Notes under the pieces: model-generated | The model's database searches: none | Seen by the model: the letters and a program-made list of their open reading frames with translations, nothing else | What the model was told of the DNA's origin: nothing | In this document: in pieces, positions 30,047-40,080 of the stretch | How the letters are laid out: every line of letters starts with the position of its first letter | Numbering within the stretch: position 1 is the stretch's first letter | Source: a candidate division WOR-3 bacterium | GTDB lineage: Bacteria; Hydrothermota; Hydrothermia; LBFQ01; DSFT01 | Assembly: GCA_039802865.1 (NCBI GenBank) | Contig: JBDRXL010000002.1 | Span: 39,826-103,825, forward strand | DNA length: 64,000 nucleotides | Reading direction: 5' to 3' | Program-made: the position numbers and the translations under genes

Positions 30047-33000
30047 ATGGAAAAGCACATAATTTCAGATTTTGAAGAGGAATTAAAAGAAAGTTATTTA
30101 AAATTTGCTTTAAGTGTTATAATAAGCAGAGCCATACCAGATGCAAGAGATGGTTTAAAACCTGTTCAAAGAAGAATTCTCTATGCTATGTATGATATGG
30201 GTTTATTGCCAAATAAACCATTTAGGAAATCTGCTACGGTTGTTGGTGAAGTAATTGGAAAGTATCATCCCCATGGAGACCAAGCAGTATATGATGCATT
30301 AGTAAGATTGGCTCAGGACTTTCATATGCGATATCCACTTATAGAAGGTCAAGGAAATTTTGGTTCTATTGATGGAGACCCACCTGCCGCATATAGGTAT
30401 TGTCTTACAGGTGATGCCCTTGTTATTACAAATAAAGGATTAAAAAGAATAGATAGAATTGCCAATAGTGAAGATATTAAAAACTTAGGATTTGAAATTT
30501 TATCATTTAATAAAAAGATAAATAAAATTAGTAAATGGTTTGATTCTGGCATACACCCAGTTTTTGAAATTAGGACAGTGAGAGGATTTTCATTAAAAGG
30601 CACTTCAAATCATCCAATTTTAATTTTTGATAAAAGTTCTAAAAAATTTATTTGGAAAACAATAAGTGATATTCAATTTGGTGATTATGCAGTTATTGAT
30701 ATATCAACAGATTATCTTTTTAATAAAGAAGAAGCAAAAACTCTTTCAAAATACCTAAGGAAAGTTTTTAAAGAAAATAGTAATATTGTTAATAGTCTTG
30801 AAAATCCTAAAATTATATTATATTCAGCAAACTTTGACTTTTTAAGTCAAATTCAAGTGCTTCTTTTAAGGTTTGGAATTATAAGTAATATTACAAAAAA
30901 TCAATTAGTAATAAACTCTTTTGAAAATCTACAAAAGTTTTATAAGTTTATAGGTTTTGAAGATAAAGAAAAAAGTTATCAGTTAAGAAAAATTTTAAAT
31001 TCTTTTAAGGGGGAAATTTTTGAATTTAAAAATGGTTATTTAATTGAGCCAATTGTGAGGAAAAAATTTTTAGGTTTTGATAGGGTATATTCTATAAAGG
31101 TTGAGAGTGATTGTCATTCATTTGTTGCTAATGGTTTTATAAATCATAATACAGAAGCACGCTTAGAAAAAATTTCCTTAGAATTGTTAAATAATATAGA
31201 AGAAGATGTAGTAGATTTTGTAGATAATTTTGATGGTAGATTTAAGGAGCCAGTATTATTGCCAGCAAGCTTTCCAAACCTTTTAGTAAATGGTGCAGTT
31301 GGTATAGCGGTTGGTATGGGAACAAGTATTCCACCACATAATTTATCCGAAGTAATTGATGGAACAATTGCATTAATAGATAATCCAAATATTACTATTG
31401 AAGAATTAATGAGATATATAAAAGGTCCTGATTTTCCTACGGGTGGAGTTATTGTAGGTAAGAAAGGAATTTATGAAGCATATAAAACAGGTAAAGGAAA
31501 AATTACTGTAAGAGCAAAATATGAAGTTGATGATAAAAGTATAATAATTAAAGAAATCCCTTATCTTGTAAATAAGGCTGAACTTATTAGTAAAATTGCA
31601 CAACTTGTAAGAGATGGCGTTATTGAAGGAATTTCTGATATTAGAGATGAGTCTGATAAGGATGGTCTTAGAGTTGTAATTGAAATAAAAAGAGGTTATG
31701 AAAGTCAGATTGTTTTAAATCAATTATTAAAGCATACGAAACTTCAAGATACATTTGGCATAAATATGATTGCTATTTTAAATAATCAACCAAAAACATT
31801 TAACTTAAAAGAATTACTTGAAGTATTTATTAGTTTTAGACAAGAAGTTGTTATAAGGAGAACACAATTTAGATTAAATAAAGCAAAGGCAAGAATGCAT
31901 ATTCTTGAAGGATTTTTAAAAGCCCTTGATAATTTAGATGATATTATTCAAATTATTAGAGGTAGTGAAGATGTTCAAATAGCAAGAAAAACACTTATTG
32001 AAAAATATAATTTTACAATTGAACAAGTAAATGCAATATTAGAGCTTAAATTACAAAACTTAACAAAACTTGAAAGAGAAAAAATTTTAAGTGAGTATAG
32101 AGAGCTTGAAAAAGATGTTAATTATTATCAAACACTTCTTACTAAAAGAGATGAGTTATTAAAACTTATAAAGAAGGAATTATTGGAAATTAAGGAAAAA
32201 TATGGGGATAAGAGGCGAACTTTAATTACTGAAAAAGATGAGGTTAGTTTTGAGATTGAGGATTTAATTCAAAAGGAAGAAACAGTAATTTTAATTACAA
32301 AGAATGGTTATATAAAGAGAATGTCATTAAAAAGTTTTAGAACACAAAATAGAAATACAAAGGGTAAAACAGGCATTAAAACTTATGAAGATGATATACC
32401 ATATAAAATTGTTATAGCAAATACTCATTCACAACTTCTCTTTATAACAAATAAAGGTAGAATGTTTTGGACAAAAGCATATAAAATTCCTGAAATGGGT
32501 TTAACAAGTAAGGGTAAATCTATAAATAATTTCTTTACATTAAATCAAGATGAAAGAATTGCTGATATACTACCTAATGAGGATGCAAGATATATAGTTA
32601 TTATTACAAAAGCTGGAAGGTTAAAAAGGGTTAGTTTAGATGAAATCTCAAAGGGAAGAATGGGTTCTCAAATTATTAAGTTGAAAGATAATGATGAAGT
32701 AGTAAAGGCTTTATTAACACTTGGTGAGGAAGATATTTTAATAGCAAAAGAAGATGGAAAGGTTGTAAGAATAAAACAAAGTGAAATTCCAATTCAAAGT
32801 AGGAAAGGAAGTGGTGTTAAGGGGGTAAAGGGAAAGGATGTTATTTCAGGGTGCATTATATTGCCAAATTCAAAAGTTATAACTATTACGGAAAGAGGTT
32901 ATGGTAAAAAGGTTAAAGAAGAGGAAATTCCAGCATTAAGAAGAGGAGCAAAGGGTATTTATATAATAAAGGCAAGGGAAAAAATAGGTAAGTTAATTGC

Positions 33001-33172
33001 GGTTGTTGATAGTATTCAAGAGAATGAAAATTTACTTATCATTACAAAAAATGGTTTAGCATTAAGAATAGATATTTCTAATTTAAATGAACTTTCAAGA
33101 AACGCTGGCGGAGTTAAATTAATTAATTTAGAAGAAAATGATTTAGTTAGTGCAGTGGGGGTGGTAAGATGA
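30047..33172 (+). CDS. gyrA: DNA gyrase subunit A, interrupted in-frame by a 250-aa intein (exteins 30047..30400 and 31151..33172)
   Basis: GyrA blocks: QRRILYAM, active-site AAYRY then, after the intein, TEARLEKIS; C-terminal beta-pinwheel repeats. Confidence 0.9.
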   Translation: MEKHIISDFEEELKESYLKFALSVIISRAIPDARDGLKPVQRRILYAMYDMGLLPNKPFRKSATVVGEVIGKYHPHGDQAVYDALVRLAQDFHMRYPLIEGQGNFGSIDGDPPAAYRYCLTGDALVITNKGLKRIDRIANSEDIKNLGFEILSFNKKINKISKWFDSGIHPVFEIRTVRGFSLKGTSNHPILIFDKSSKKFIWKTISDIQFGDYAVIDISTDYLFNKEEAKTLSKYLRKVFKENSNIVNSLENPKIILYSANFDFLSQIQVLLLRFGIISNITKNQLVINSFENLQKFYKFIGFEDKEKSYQLRKILNSFKGEIFEFKNGYLIEPIVRKKFLGFDRVYSIKVESDCHSFVANGFINHNTEARLEKISLELLNNIEEDVVDFVDNFDGRFKEPVLLPASFPNLLVNGAVGIAVGMGTSIPPHNLSEVIDGTIALIDNPNITIEELMRYIKGPDFPTGGVIVGKKGIYEAYKTGKGKITVRAKYEVDDKSIIIKEIPYLVNKAELISKIAQLVRDGVIEGISDIRDESDKDGLRVVIEIKRGYESQIVLNQLLKHTKLQDTFGINMIAILNNQPKTFNLKELLEVFISFRQEVVIRRTQFRLNKAKARMHILEGFLKALDNLDDIIQIIRGSEDVQIARKTLIEKYNFTIEQVNAILELKLQNLTKLEREKILSEYRELEKDVNYYQTLLTKRDELLKLIKKELLEIKEKYGDKRRTLITEKDEVSFEIEDLIQKEETVILITKNGYIKRMSLKSFRTQNRNTKGKTGIKTYEDDIPYKIVIANTHSQLLFITNKGRMFWTKAYKIPEMGLTSKGKSINNFFTLNQDERIADILPNEDARYIVIITKAGRLKRVSLDEISKGRMGSQIIKLKDNDEVVKALLTLGEEDILIAKEDGKVVRIKQSEIPIQSRKGSGVKGVKGKDVISGCIILPNSKVITITERGYGKKVKEEEIPALRRGAKGIYIIKAREKIGKLIAVVDSIQENENLLIITKNGLALRIDISNLNELSRNAGGVKLINLEENDLVSAVGVVR
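30401..31150 (+). other. GyrA mini-intein (250 aa) inserted after the catalytic Tyr
   Basis: Begins CLTGDALV (block A), GTSNHPIL (block B), ends [22 protein letters not shown] (blocks F/G) followed by +1 Thr; same site and high similarity to Mxe GyrA intein; central ~110 aa retains only a degenerate DOD block ([13 protein letters not shown]). Confidence 0.85.
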
Positions 33173-34518
33173 GATTTGAACCTTTTAAGATAAAAGTAAT
33201 AGAACCAATAGCTATTACAACAAAAGAAGAAAGATTAAAATATATTGAGAATGCTTATTTTAATGTATTTTTCTTACCTTCAAATGTTATTACAATTGAC
33301 CTTTTAACAGATAGTGGAACATCCGCTTTAAGTAAATATCAAATGTCCGCTATGATGCTTGGAGATGAGGCTTACGCTGGTTCTGAAAGTTATTATAAGT
33401 TTGAGGAATCTGCCAAAAAATTAACAGGAAAAAATTTTATAATTCCTGTTCATCAAGGAAGAGCAGGTGAAAAAATAATTACAACTTCTCTTATAAATAG
33501 GGGTGATATTGTAATATCAAATACATTATTTGATACAACAAGGGGAAACTTTGAGTTTGGAGGAGCTATAATATATGATATTCCGGAAGAGCATAGTTTA
33601 GAAAGTGAATATCCATTTAAAGGAAATATAGATTTAAATAAGCTTGAAGATTTATTAAAAAAATTTGAAAGGAAAGTTAAATTAGTAGTTTTAACAATTA
33701 CAAATAATTCAGGTGGTGGTCAAGCAGTAAGTATAGAAAATGTGAAAAGGACTAAGGAGCTTTGTGAAAAATATAATGTTAAATTGATGATAGATGCTTG
33801 TAGAATTTGCGAGAATAGTTATCTTGTAAAATTAAGAGATGAAAATTATAAGAATAAAACAATTCTTGAAATTGTAAATGAAACATTAAAATATGCTGAT
33901 ATTATTACATTTAGTGCAAAAAAAGATGGACTTAATCATATAGGTGGATTTATTGCTTTGGATGATGAGAAATTAGCAGATGAATTTAAAAATTATTTAG
34001 TTCTTTTTGAAGGATTTCCAACATATGGTGGTATGGCTGGAAGAGATTTGGAAATTATAGCGGTTGGAATTATGGAAGCATTAGATGAAAATTATTTAAG
34101 TCATAGAATAAGTCAAGTGAAGTTTTTAAATGAAAAATTATATAATCTTGGTATTCCTGTAATGAGACCATTTGGTGGACATGCAGTTTATGTAGAAGCA
34201 AAACAATTTTTAGAGCATATTGATGAAAATGAATTTCCAGGGCAAAGCTTAGTAATAGCACTTTATATTGAAGGGGGAATAAGAGCAGTTGAGGTTGGTA
34301 AATTTATGTTTAAAGATGCAAAATATAATTTTGTAAGGCTTGCTATTCCAAGAAGAGTTTATACTTATTCTCATTTAGAATATGTGGCAGAAGTTTTTGA
34401 GAATATAAAGAAAAAGAAAGATAACATTAAAGGGATGAGAATAGTAAAAGAAAGTAAATTTTTAAGACATTTTACCTCTCATTTAGAAGCAATTGATAAT
34501 TGGCATCTTAAAGTTTAA
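33169..34518 (+). CDS. Beta-eliminating lyase (tryptophanase / tyrosine phenol-lyase family)
   Basis: Length and N-terminal [14 protein letters not shown]... plus PLP-Lys region [12 protein letters not shown] typical of TnaA/TPL. Confidence 0.75.
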   Translation: MRFEPFKIKVIEPIAITTKEERLKYIENAYFNVFFLPSNVITIDLLTDSGTSALSKYQMSAMMLGDEAYAGSESYYKFEESAKKLTGKNFIIPVHQGRAGEKIITTSLINRGDIVISNTLFDTTRGNFEFGGAIIYDIPEEHSLESEYPFKGNIDLNKLEDLLKKFERKVKLVVLTITNNSGGGQAVSIENVKRTKELCEKYNVKLMIDACRICENSYLVKLRDENYKNKTILEIVNETLKYADIITFSAKKDGLNHIGGFIALDDEKLADEFKNYLVLFEGFPTYGGMAGRDLEIIAVGIMEALDENYLSHRISQVKFLNEKLYNLGIPVMRPFGGHAVYVEAKQFLEHIDENEFPGQSLVIALYIEGGIRAVEVGKFMFKDAKYNFVRLAIPRRVYTYSHLEYVAEVFENIKKKKDNIKGMRIVKESKFLRHFTSHLEAIDNWHLKV

Positions 34519-35522
34519 ATAAACCCTTTTTCTACTTCATTAATAATTTTTATATTAAATTCTTGCGCAAGCTCTAAAACTCCACCTGGATAAACAAAAG
34601 GACTTATAAAAATTTTATCATCAATTTTCCTTTTAAATTTCATTTCATACAATTGAACTTTTTTTTCAAATGCGAATATGTCTGACTTATCAACAGAAGA
34701 TTTTATTTCTATTGCTATTGTTTTACCATTTGTTATAATAAGGTCTATTTCAATAGTTGAAGGTTTTGAGAATACATAACCTTCATCATCAAAGAAAATT
34801 AATTTTTCTACTTTAAATCCCATGTCCTTTAATAAATAAGCAATTGAATTTCTAAAAGTATTTTCTGATTCAATTCCCCATCGCGCTCCAAGAGAACTTA
34901 TTTTGTTATCTATGTATTTTTTCATATCTTGAAAGCCTTGTTCTACTTTTTGTTCTAATTTATATATTCTTTCTCCATGCTCTTTTGTTATTTCTCTTAA
35001 TTCACTAACTGCTTGTGTTAATTCCATTACTGCTTTTTCTAATTTTTCTATTCTTTCACCATGTTGTTTTGTTATTTCTCTTAATTCATTAACAGATTGT
35101 CTTAATTCACTAACTGCTTGTGTTAGCTCCATTACTGCTTTTTCTAATTTTTCTATTCTTTCACCATGTTGTTTTGTTATTTCTCTTAATTCATTAACAG
35201 ATTGTCTTAATTCGCTAACTGCTTGTGTTAGCTCCATTACTGCTTTTTCTAATTTTTCTATTCTTTCACCATGTTGTTTTGTTATTTCTCTTAATTCACT
35301 TACTGCTTTTGTTAAATCATCCACTCTTTCAGTAAGCTTATTAATCGCTTGCCAAACTTTTTTACTTTCTTTATTCCCTTCTTTAACTACTTTCCATAGT
35401 TCCTTTATCATCTTCCTATTTTGCTCTATTTCTTCTTTTATTATGATTTCCACAATCTCTCTTATGGAATCTCTATACTCCTCTGGAAGTTTTTCTAATA
35501 TCTTGTTTATTTTTTCTATCAT
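34515..35522 (-). CDS. Coiled-coil protein with 3.4 tandem 35-aa repeats and a C-terminal PD-(D/E)xK-like domain (DUF3782-like?)
   Basis: Repeat LREITKQHGERIEKLEKAVMELTQAVSELRQSVNE x3; C-terminus ...IEIDLIITNGKTIAIEIKS has a D-x-E-x-K pattern; own TTTAAAATTT element directly upstream. Confidence 0.5.
   Translation of the reverse strand: MIEKINKILEKLPEEYRDSIREIVEIIIKEEIEQNRKMIKELWKVVKEGNKESKKVWQAINKLTERVDDLTKAVSELREITKQHGERIEKLEKAVMELTQAVSELRQSVNELREITKQHGERIEKLEKAVMELTQAVSELRQSVNELREITKQHGERIEKLEKAVMELTQAVSELREITKEHGERIYKLEQKVEQGFQDMKKYIDNKISSLGARWGIESENTFRNSIAYLLKDMGFKVEKLIFFDDEGYVFSKPSTIEIDLIITNGKTIAIEIKSSVDKSDIFAFEKKVQLYEMKFKRKIDDKIFISPFVYPGGVLELAQEFNIKIINEVEKGFI
34955..35310. repeat. 105-bp tandem repeat, ~3.4 copies, in-frame inside the coiled-coil gene
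   Basis: Unit boundaries at 35039, 35144, 35249 (period 105); near-perfect copies. Confidence 0.9.
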
Positions 35523-35538
35523 AAAGAAAATTTTAAAG
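35523..35538 (-). promoter_or_regulatory. CTTTAAAATTT element 7 nt upstream of the coiled-coil gene ATG (minus strand)
   Basis: Minus strand reads GCTTTAAAATTTTCTTT-ATG(35522). Confidence 0.4.
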
Positions 35539-36378
35539 CTAAAATATTTTCACATTTATATATCTGCTTGGATTTTTCTTTATGTCGTCAATAAGTGCTT
35601 GGAGTTTAATAATTGAATTTTTTATTTCTAAATATAATGAATCATCTTTTGTAAGCTTTCCAATAGTTCCCCTATATTTTAGGCTGTCAATTTCTAAGCT
35701 TAGCTTATATATTAAGCTATCTAAGGATTTTATAGTGGATTGTCCAGAGTTTAAAAGAGTGTTTATATTTGTTGATATGCTATCTAAGTTCTGATTTTGA
35801 TGATTCAAAGCAATTTTTAGTTCTGATATTAAGCTATTTATGTTATTTAGTGAGCTATTTAATTTATCTGATATATTTTCAACTTGATAATTTGCATTCT
35901 TTACTAAATTATTAGTATTACTTAAAATGCTATCAATTTTTTGTGATAAGTTAATTACAAGAATAAGAATTTGGTCAAATGTGGGTGAATCATAACCTAT
36001 AATTGTATCATTTAGTTTTAAAAAATCACCATTTCCAGGTTCAATATCTATAACTCTTGTTCCAAGAGCAGATGGACTTATAATTTGGGCATATGCATTA
36101 TTTTTTAACTTAAAATCCTTTAGTCCAATTTTTGCTATCACTCCATTTTCAGTTAATTCCACTTTTATAACATCACCATTAGGAACTCCCCTTACTAATA
36201 CTTTTGTTCCAGGAGAAATTAGTGTTGCTCTTGGAAGCTTAATATAATAGGTGTATAAATGTTTTTTTCTTTTTTCAGAACTTATCCAGTTATATCCAAT
36301 AAAAAATAAAATAAAACATATAATTACAAATAATCCAACTTTTATATAATCAATTTTATTAACTTCCATAAACTTCAA
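35539..36378 (-). CDS. MlaD/MCE-domain protein
   Basis: N-terminal TM, MCE fold region VLVRGVPNGDVIKVELTENGVIAKIG, C-terminal coiled coil. Confidence 0.7.
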   Translation of the reverse strand: MKFMEVNKIDYIKVGLFVIICFILFFIGYNWISSEKRKKHLYTYYIKLPRATLISPGTKVLVRGVPNGDVIKVELTENGVIAKIGLKDFKLKNNAYAQIISPSALGTRVIDIEPGNGDFLKLNDTIIGYDSPTFDQILILVINLSQKIDSILSNTNNLVKNANYQVENISDKLNSSLNNINSLISELKIALNHQNQNLDSISTNINTLLNSGQSTIKSLDSLIYKLSLEIDSLKYRGTIGKLTKDDSLYLEIKNSIIKLQALIDDIKKNPSRYINVKIF

Positions 36379-37540
36379 GTATCATACTTGCTCCCATCCC
36401 ACCCCCTACGCATGCACTTACAATTCCGTAACCCCCACCTCTTCTTCTAAGCTCATAAATGAGTTTTGTTGTTAAAATTGCTCCTGTTGCTCCAAGTGGA
36501 TGTCCAAGCGCTATTGCTCCTCCATTTACATTTAACTTTTCAAGTGGAATAGGAAATTCTCTTAATACTGCCAAAACTTGTGTAGCAAATGCTTCATTTA
36601 ATTCTATTAGTTTAATATCTTCTAAGGTTAAATTTGCTTTTTTAAGAGATTTTGGTATTGCTTTGGCGGGTGCTATTCCCATTATTTCTGCTGGCACTCC
36701 TACAACTTGAAATGTTACAAATCTTGCTAATGGTTTTAATCCTAATTCCTTTGCTTTTTCTTCACTCATTATTAAAACCGCACCTGCTCCATCGCTTCTT
36801 TGTGAGGCATTTCCTGCAGTTACAGTTCCATCAACTTTAAAATATGGTTTTAATTTTAATAATCCCTCAAGTGTTGTATCAGGTCTTATGCATTCATCTC
36901 TATCAAAAATTTTTTCAACTACTTTTATATTTCCATCTTCATCTTCCACACTAACTTTTACTTTTATAGGAACAATTTCATCTTTGAATTTTCCACTTAA
37001 AACCGCTTCTGAACCTCTCTTATGTGATAAATATGCAAATTCATCGACCTCTTCACGCTTTATATTGTAAATTTCAGCTAAATTTTCTGCGGTTAAACCC
37101 ATATTTAAATAATAATCAGGAAAGTTTTGAGCAATATAAGGTTCTGGTCTAAATACATAGCCTGGCATTGGAACTAAACTCATACTTTCTGCACCACCAG
37201 CAATTGCAACATCTATTTCACCTACCATAATTCTATGAGCTGTTTGAGCAATTGTTTGAATAGAAGATGCGCAATATCTATTAACTGTAACTGCTGGAAT
37301 AGAAGTAGGAAGTCCAGCTCTATAAACAATTGTTCTTGCCATATTCATACCTTGATATGCTTCTGGGAAGGCACAACCAACTGTTAAGTCTTCAATTAAA
37401 TTTGGATCAATTTTTGTCTCTTCTAAAATTGCTCTAATAACTTCTGATAGTAGATATTCGGGTCTTGTATCTTTTAAAGTTCCTCTTGGAGCCTTTCCAA
37501 CAGCTGTTCTTTTCGCTGATACAATAACTGCGCTTCTCAT
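36359..37540 (-). CDS. Acetyl-CoA C-acetyltransferase (thiolase II)
   Basis: MRSAVIVSAKRTAVGKA, catalytic Cys region NRYCASS, C-terminal GGGMG motif; GGAGG RBS. Confidence 0.9.
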   Translation of the reverse strand: MRSAVIVSAKRTAVGKAPRGTLKDTRPEYLLSEVIRAILEETKIDPNLIEDLTVGCAFPEAYQGMNMARTIVYRAGLPTSIPAVTVNRYCASSIQTIAQTAHRIMVGEIDVAIAGGAESMSLVPMPGYVFRPEPYIAQNFPDYYLNMGLTAENLAEIYNIKREEVDEFAYLSHKRGSEAVLSGKFKDEIVPIKVKVSVEDEDGNIKVVEKIFDRDECIRPDTTLEGLLKLKPYFKVDGTVTAGNASQRSDGAGAVLIMSEEKAKELGLKPLARFVTFQVVGVPAEIMGIAPAKAIPKSLKKANLTLEDIKLIELNEAFATQVLAVLREFPIPLEKLNVNGGAIALGHPLGATGAILTTKLIYELRRRGGGYGIVSACVGGGMGASMILEVYGS

Positions 37541-38287
37541 TTAAAAACCTCCTCTTAAAACTATTTCAAATAAAAAGTCATTTTCTATTCCACTTCCCCT
37601 ATAATATACACTTTTATGCACATTTAAGTTAGTGTTTATATTAAAAACATTTAATCCAAGGCTTATACCCAATGTTATTTCATTAGAGTTTAGAGCTTTT
37701 TGATAAACCCAGTTAAGAACTGGGCCAATTTCATATTTATTGAAAGCATAATAAAATCCACTTATAGTTCTTGCTCTATCTGATTGAATATCATTGTCTT
37801 TTAGTGCTTTTGAATATATAATTTCTCCATAGTTTATGAATTTATTATAAACAAAAGCATAACCAGATCCAAATGATAAATAATCTACAATTTCCTCATA
37901 CTGGTTATTTCTTATGTAAAATCCTATGGGAAGTTTGTATGATGTAAGAATTGAAATGACAGTTCTATATTTTGAAAATTTTGCATAAACGGGGAAAAAT
38001 CTTATACCAATATCTATTCCATGAAGCGATGAAATTTGGTCTTCTAATGACCCAGTTGTTTTTATATAATAGTAGGGAAATACTGAAATTAAAGAAAATC
38101 TTTTGAAGTTTCTTATTAAGGATAAACTTAAATTATTTGAATTTATTTGACCTTTTAAATTAGAGCCATATGCATAATTGTAATTTGTTGATATTTCATA
38201 TGTTTTAAATAAGGTTGAAGTTAAAGTTATTGGTATATTTAAGGTCCCATAACATGCGGGACAATGTAAAATAAGGATATTTATCAT
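37541..38287 (-). CDS. Hypothetical outer-membrane beta-barrel protein
   Basis: Beta-strand-rich, ends ...LRGGF; has SD AAGGAGG and an upstream ATATGCTTTATAATTTTCAAA element identical to the one upstream of tRNA-Asn. Confidence 0.4.
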   Translation of the reverse strand: MINILILHCPACYGTLNIPITLTSTLFKTYEISTNYNYAYGSNLKGQINSNNLSLSLIRNFKRFSLISVFPYYYIKTTGSLEDQISSLHGIDIGIRFFPVYAKFSKYRTVISILTSYKLPIGFYIRNNQYEEIVDYLSFGSGYAFVYNKFINYGEIIYSKALKDNDIQSDRARTISGFYYAFNKYEIGPVLNWVYQKALNSNEITLGISLGLNVFNINTNLNVHKSVYYRGSGIENDFLFEIVLRGGF

Positions 38288-38698
38288 GTTATTTCCTCCT
38301 TTTAAAGAACATCAAGGCTACTTAAAAACTTTGAAAATTATAAAGCATATCAAAATTAAAAAATTTCTATTAAGGAACCTATTTTATTGTTTGAAAAGAA
38401 AGGTCGTTTTCTCTTAAAGCAGGAAGAAAGTCATACTTTTGAAGTGGATGAAGTTAAAGGAAAACTGGTTATCATAATTGTAAACCCGCAAAGCTATGAT
38501 GCTTTACTAAATGCTATTTGTGTTAGATGTTGCACTTGATAAGTCGTTGCCATTAAATTTGGAGGTAATTAAAAAAGGAAAGAAAATTGGTGGAATCTAA
38601 TTCCATTTACAAAAACTGTATATGGACATTATGTAATAGATTTGAAGGAATATCCTTATAAAAGTTTTCCAAGTAAAAGAATAATAAAAGGCAATAGA

Positions 38699-39133
38699 TT
38701 ATCTTTTTCTTTCTAAAATTATACTCATACCTTCAAGTCTTGAGTTATATTCTATGTTTTCAAAAGCCTCTAAAAAGCCTTCCGTAGCACCTTGTAAAGG
38801 TTTTAGGCATAGTTCGGGTTTATTATGGGCTTTTAAAAGGAATGTATCTAAAATTGTGATTTTATAGCCATTTTCTAACTTTTCAACTTTTACTTTACCC
38901 ATACCTGTTTCTTCATAAAAAACTTCTATAATTTGAGATATGTCATAATTTTGAAATTGAGATTTTATGGAGTTTGCTATAGCTTTCCCTGCCATTGTAG
39001 AAGTTGCTTGAATTAAACTAGAAAATCCACCAGCAAATTTTAATATTTCAGAATATAATTTTACAATAAGTTCCTTAGGAAGAATTACTCCTTCCTCTTT
39101 TAATATATTTTTCATATATTCTCTTAGTTCCAT
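38699..39133 (-). CDS. Small protein, possible V4R/Bet3-like fold, partner of the roadblock protein
   Basis: ...GMGKVKVEKLENGYKITILDTF...ELCLKPLQGATEGFLEAF resembles the V4R conserved-Cys segment; low confidence; GGAGG RBS, coupled to the roadblock gene. Confidence 0.3.
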   Translation of the reverse strand: MELREYMKNILKEEGVILPKELIVKLYSEILKFAGGFSSLIQATSTMAGKAIANSIKSQFQNYDISQIIEVFYEETGMGKVKVEKLENGYKITILDTFLLKAHNKPELCLKPLQGATEGFLEAFENIEYNSRLEGMSIILERKR

Positions 39134-39135
39134 CT

Positions 39136-39510
39136 TTAACCTCCTGTTATTTCACTTAAATAATTTTCAAGTTTTGGTCTTAAAATTTTGTATTCCATAA
39201 AAATTGTTCCCACTTTTGTTGTAGGGGATGTTATAAACCCTAAGTATAAACTTTTTATTTTTCCAATGAATATGCATATTTTATCACCTTGGGTATAAAG
39301 AAGTTCAAAATTTGCATTAGATAGTTCTTTTAATAAGTTTTCTATCATATTTACAGCGCTTGATAAAAGTCCTGAAACTACAATGGGGTCTTCAAGAATT
39401 GTAGAAAGGGAATAAGATATGGGAAGTCCATATTCATCTACGATGATAATTCCTAATAAATCTGGTATAAACTTTTCCGCTTCTTTCCTTAAAGTTTCAA
39501 TTTCAATCAT
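39136..39510 (-). CDS. Roadblock/LC7 (MglB-like) domain protein
   Basis: GIIIVDEYGLPISYS...VVSGLLSSAVNMIENL pattern typical of Robl/LC7; SD AAGGGGGA 17 nt after tRNA-Asn. Confidence 0.6.
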   Translation of the reverse strand: MIEIETLRKEAEKFIPDLLGIIIVDEYGLPISYSLSTILEDPIVVSGLLSSAVNMIENLLKELSNANFELLYTQGDKICIFIGKIKSLYLGFITSPTTKVGTIFMEYKILRPKLENYLSEITGG

Positions 39511-39527
39511 ATCCCCCTTGGGGGGAA

Positions 39528-39600
39528 CGCCCCGCGCAGGACTCGAACCTGCAACCTACGGGTTAACAGCCCGCCGCTCTACCCGTTGAGCTAGCGGGGC
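39528..39600 (-). tRNA. tRNA-Asn (anticodon GUU)
   Basis: Minus-strand cloverleaf: acceptor GCCCCGC/GCGGGGC, D-arm GCTCAACGGGTAGAGC, anticodon loop CUGUUAA, T-arm GCAGGTTCGAGTCCTGC, discriminator G. Confidence 0.85.
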
Positions 39601-39602
39601 GC

Positions 39603-39633
39603 TTAGTAAGTTTGAAAATTATAAAGCATATTT
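39603..39633 (-). promoter_or_regulatory. Promoter element (ATATGCTTTATAATTTTCAAACTT) driving tRNA-Asn plus the roadblock and V4R-like genes
   Basis: Same 21-mer as at 38328..38350; TATAAT-containing; tRNA 5' end lies a few nt downstream. Confidence 0.45.
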
Positions 39634-40068
39634 TTATTCTACAATTATCCAACTCATCATATTCTGATGCCCAAGACCACAGTACTCATGACAGACAATT
39701 CTATATTTCCCAGGTTCCTTAAATTTTACTCTATAATAAGTTACTGCACCAGGAATTGCCATAAGATTTACGTTTGTTCCTTCAATATGAAAGCCATGTG
39801 TAACATCTGGACTTGTAAGATAAATATCAACCGTTGAATTTCTTGGAATTTTAACTTCCATAGGGAAAAAACTAAATTGCCTTGCTATGTAATAAATTTC
39901 ATATTTATTTTCTGAAACTTGAACGACTCTTTCTTTATCAAAAGGTTTTACATTTACGATGCATGTTGGAAGGTCTATATTTTTTACATAAGCACCATAT
40001 AAAATTAAAGCAAAAAATATCAAAAGCACTATAGAAGCTAAATTTAATGCAAGTTTTTCAGCATTCAT
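39634..40068 (-). CDS. cbaB: ba3-type cytochrome c oxidase subunit II (short CuA subunit)
   Basis: ...TSPDVTHGFHIEGTNVN...YRIVCHEYCGLGHQNMM closely parallels Thermus CbaB; GGAGG RBS. Confidence 0.85.
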   Translation of the reverse strand: MNAEKLALNLASIVLLIFFALILYGAYVKNIDLPTCIVNVKPFDKERVVQVSENKYEIYYIARQFSFFPMEVKIPRNSTVDIYLTSPDVTHGFHIEGTNVNLMAIPGAVTYYRVKFKEPGKYRIVCHEYCGLGHQNMMSWIIVE

Positions 40069-40080
40069 ATTTCACCTCCT

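Noticed and set aside
34955-35310. Possible CRISPR-like repeat array
   Set aside because: Repeats are contiguous 105-bp units with no spacers. They are in frame within a coding gene and encode coiled-coil heptads, so this is a protein tandem repeat, not CRISPR.
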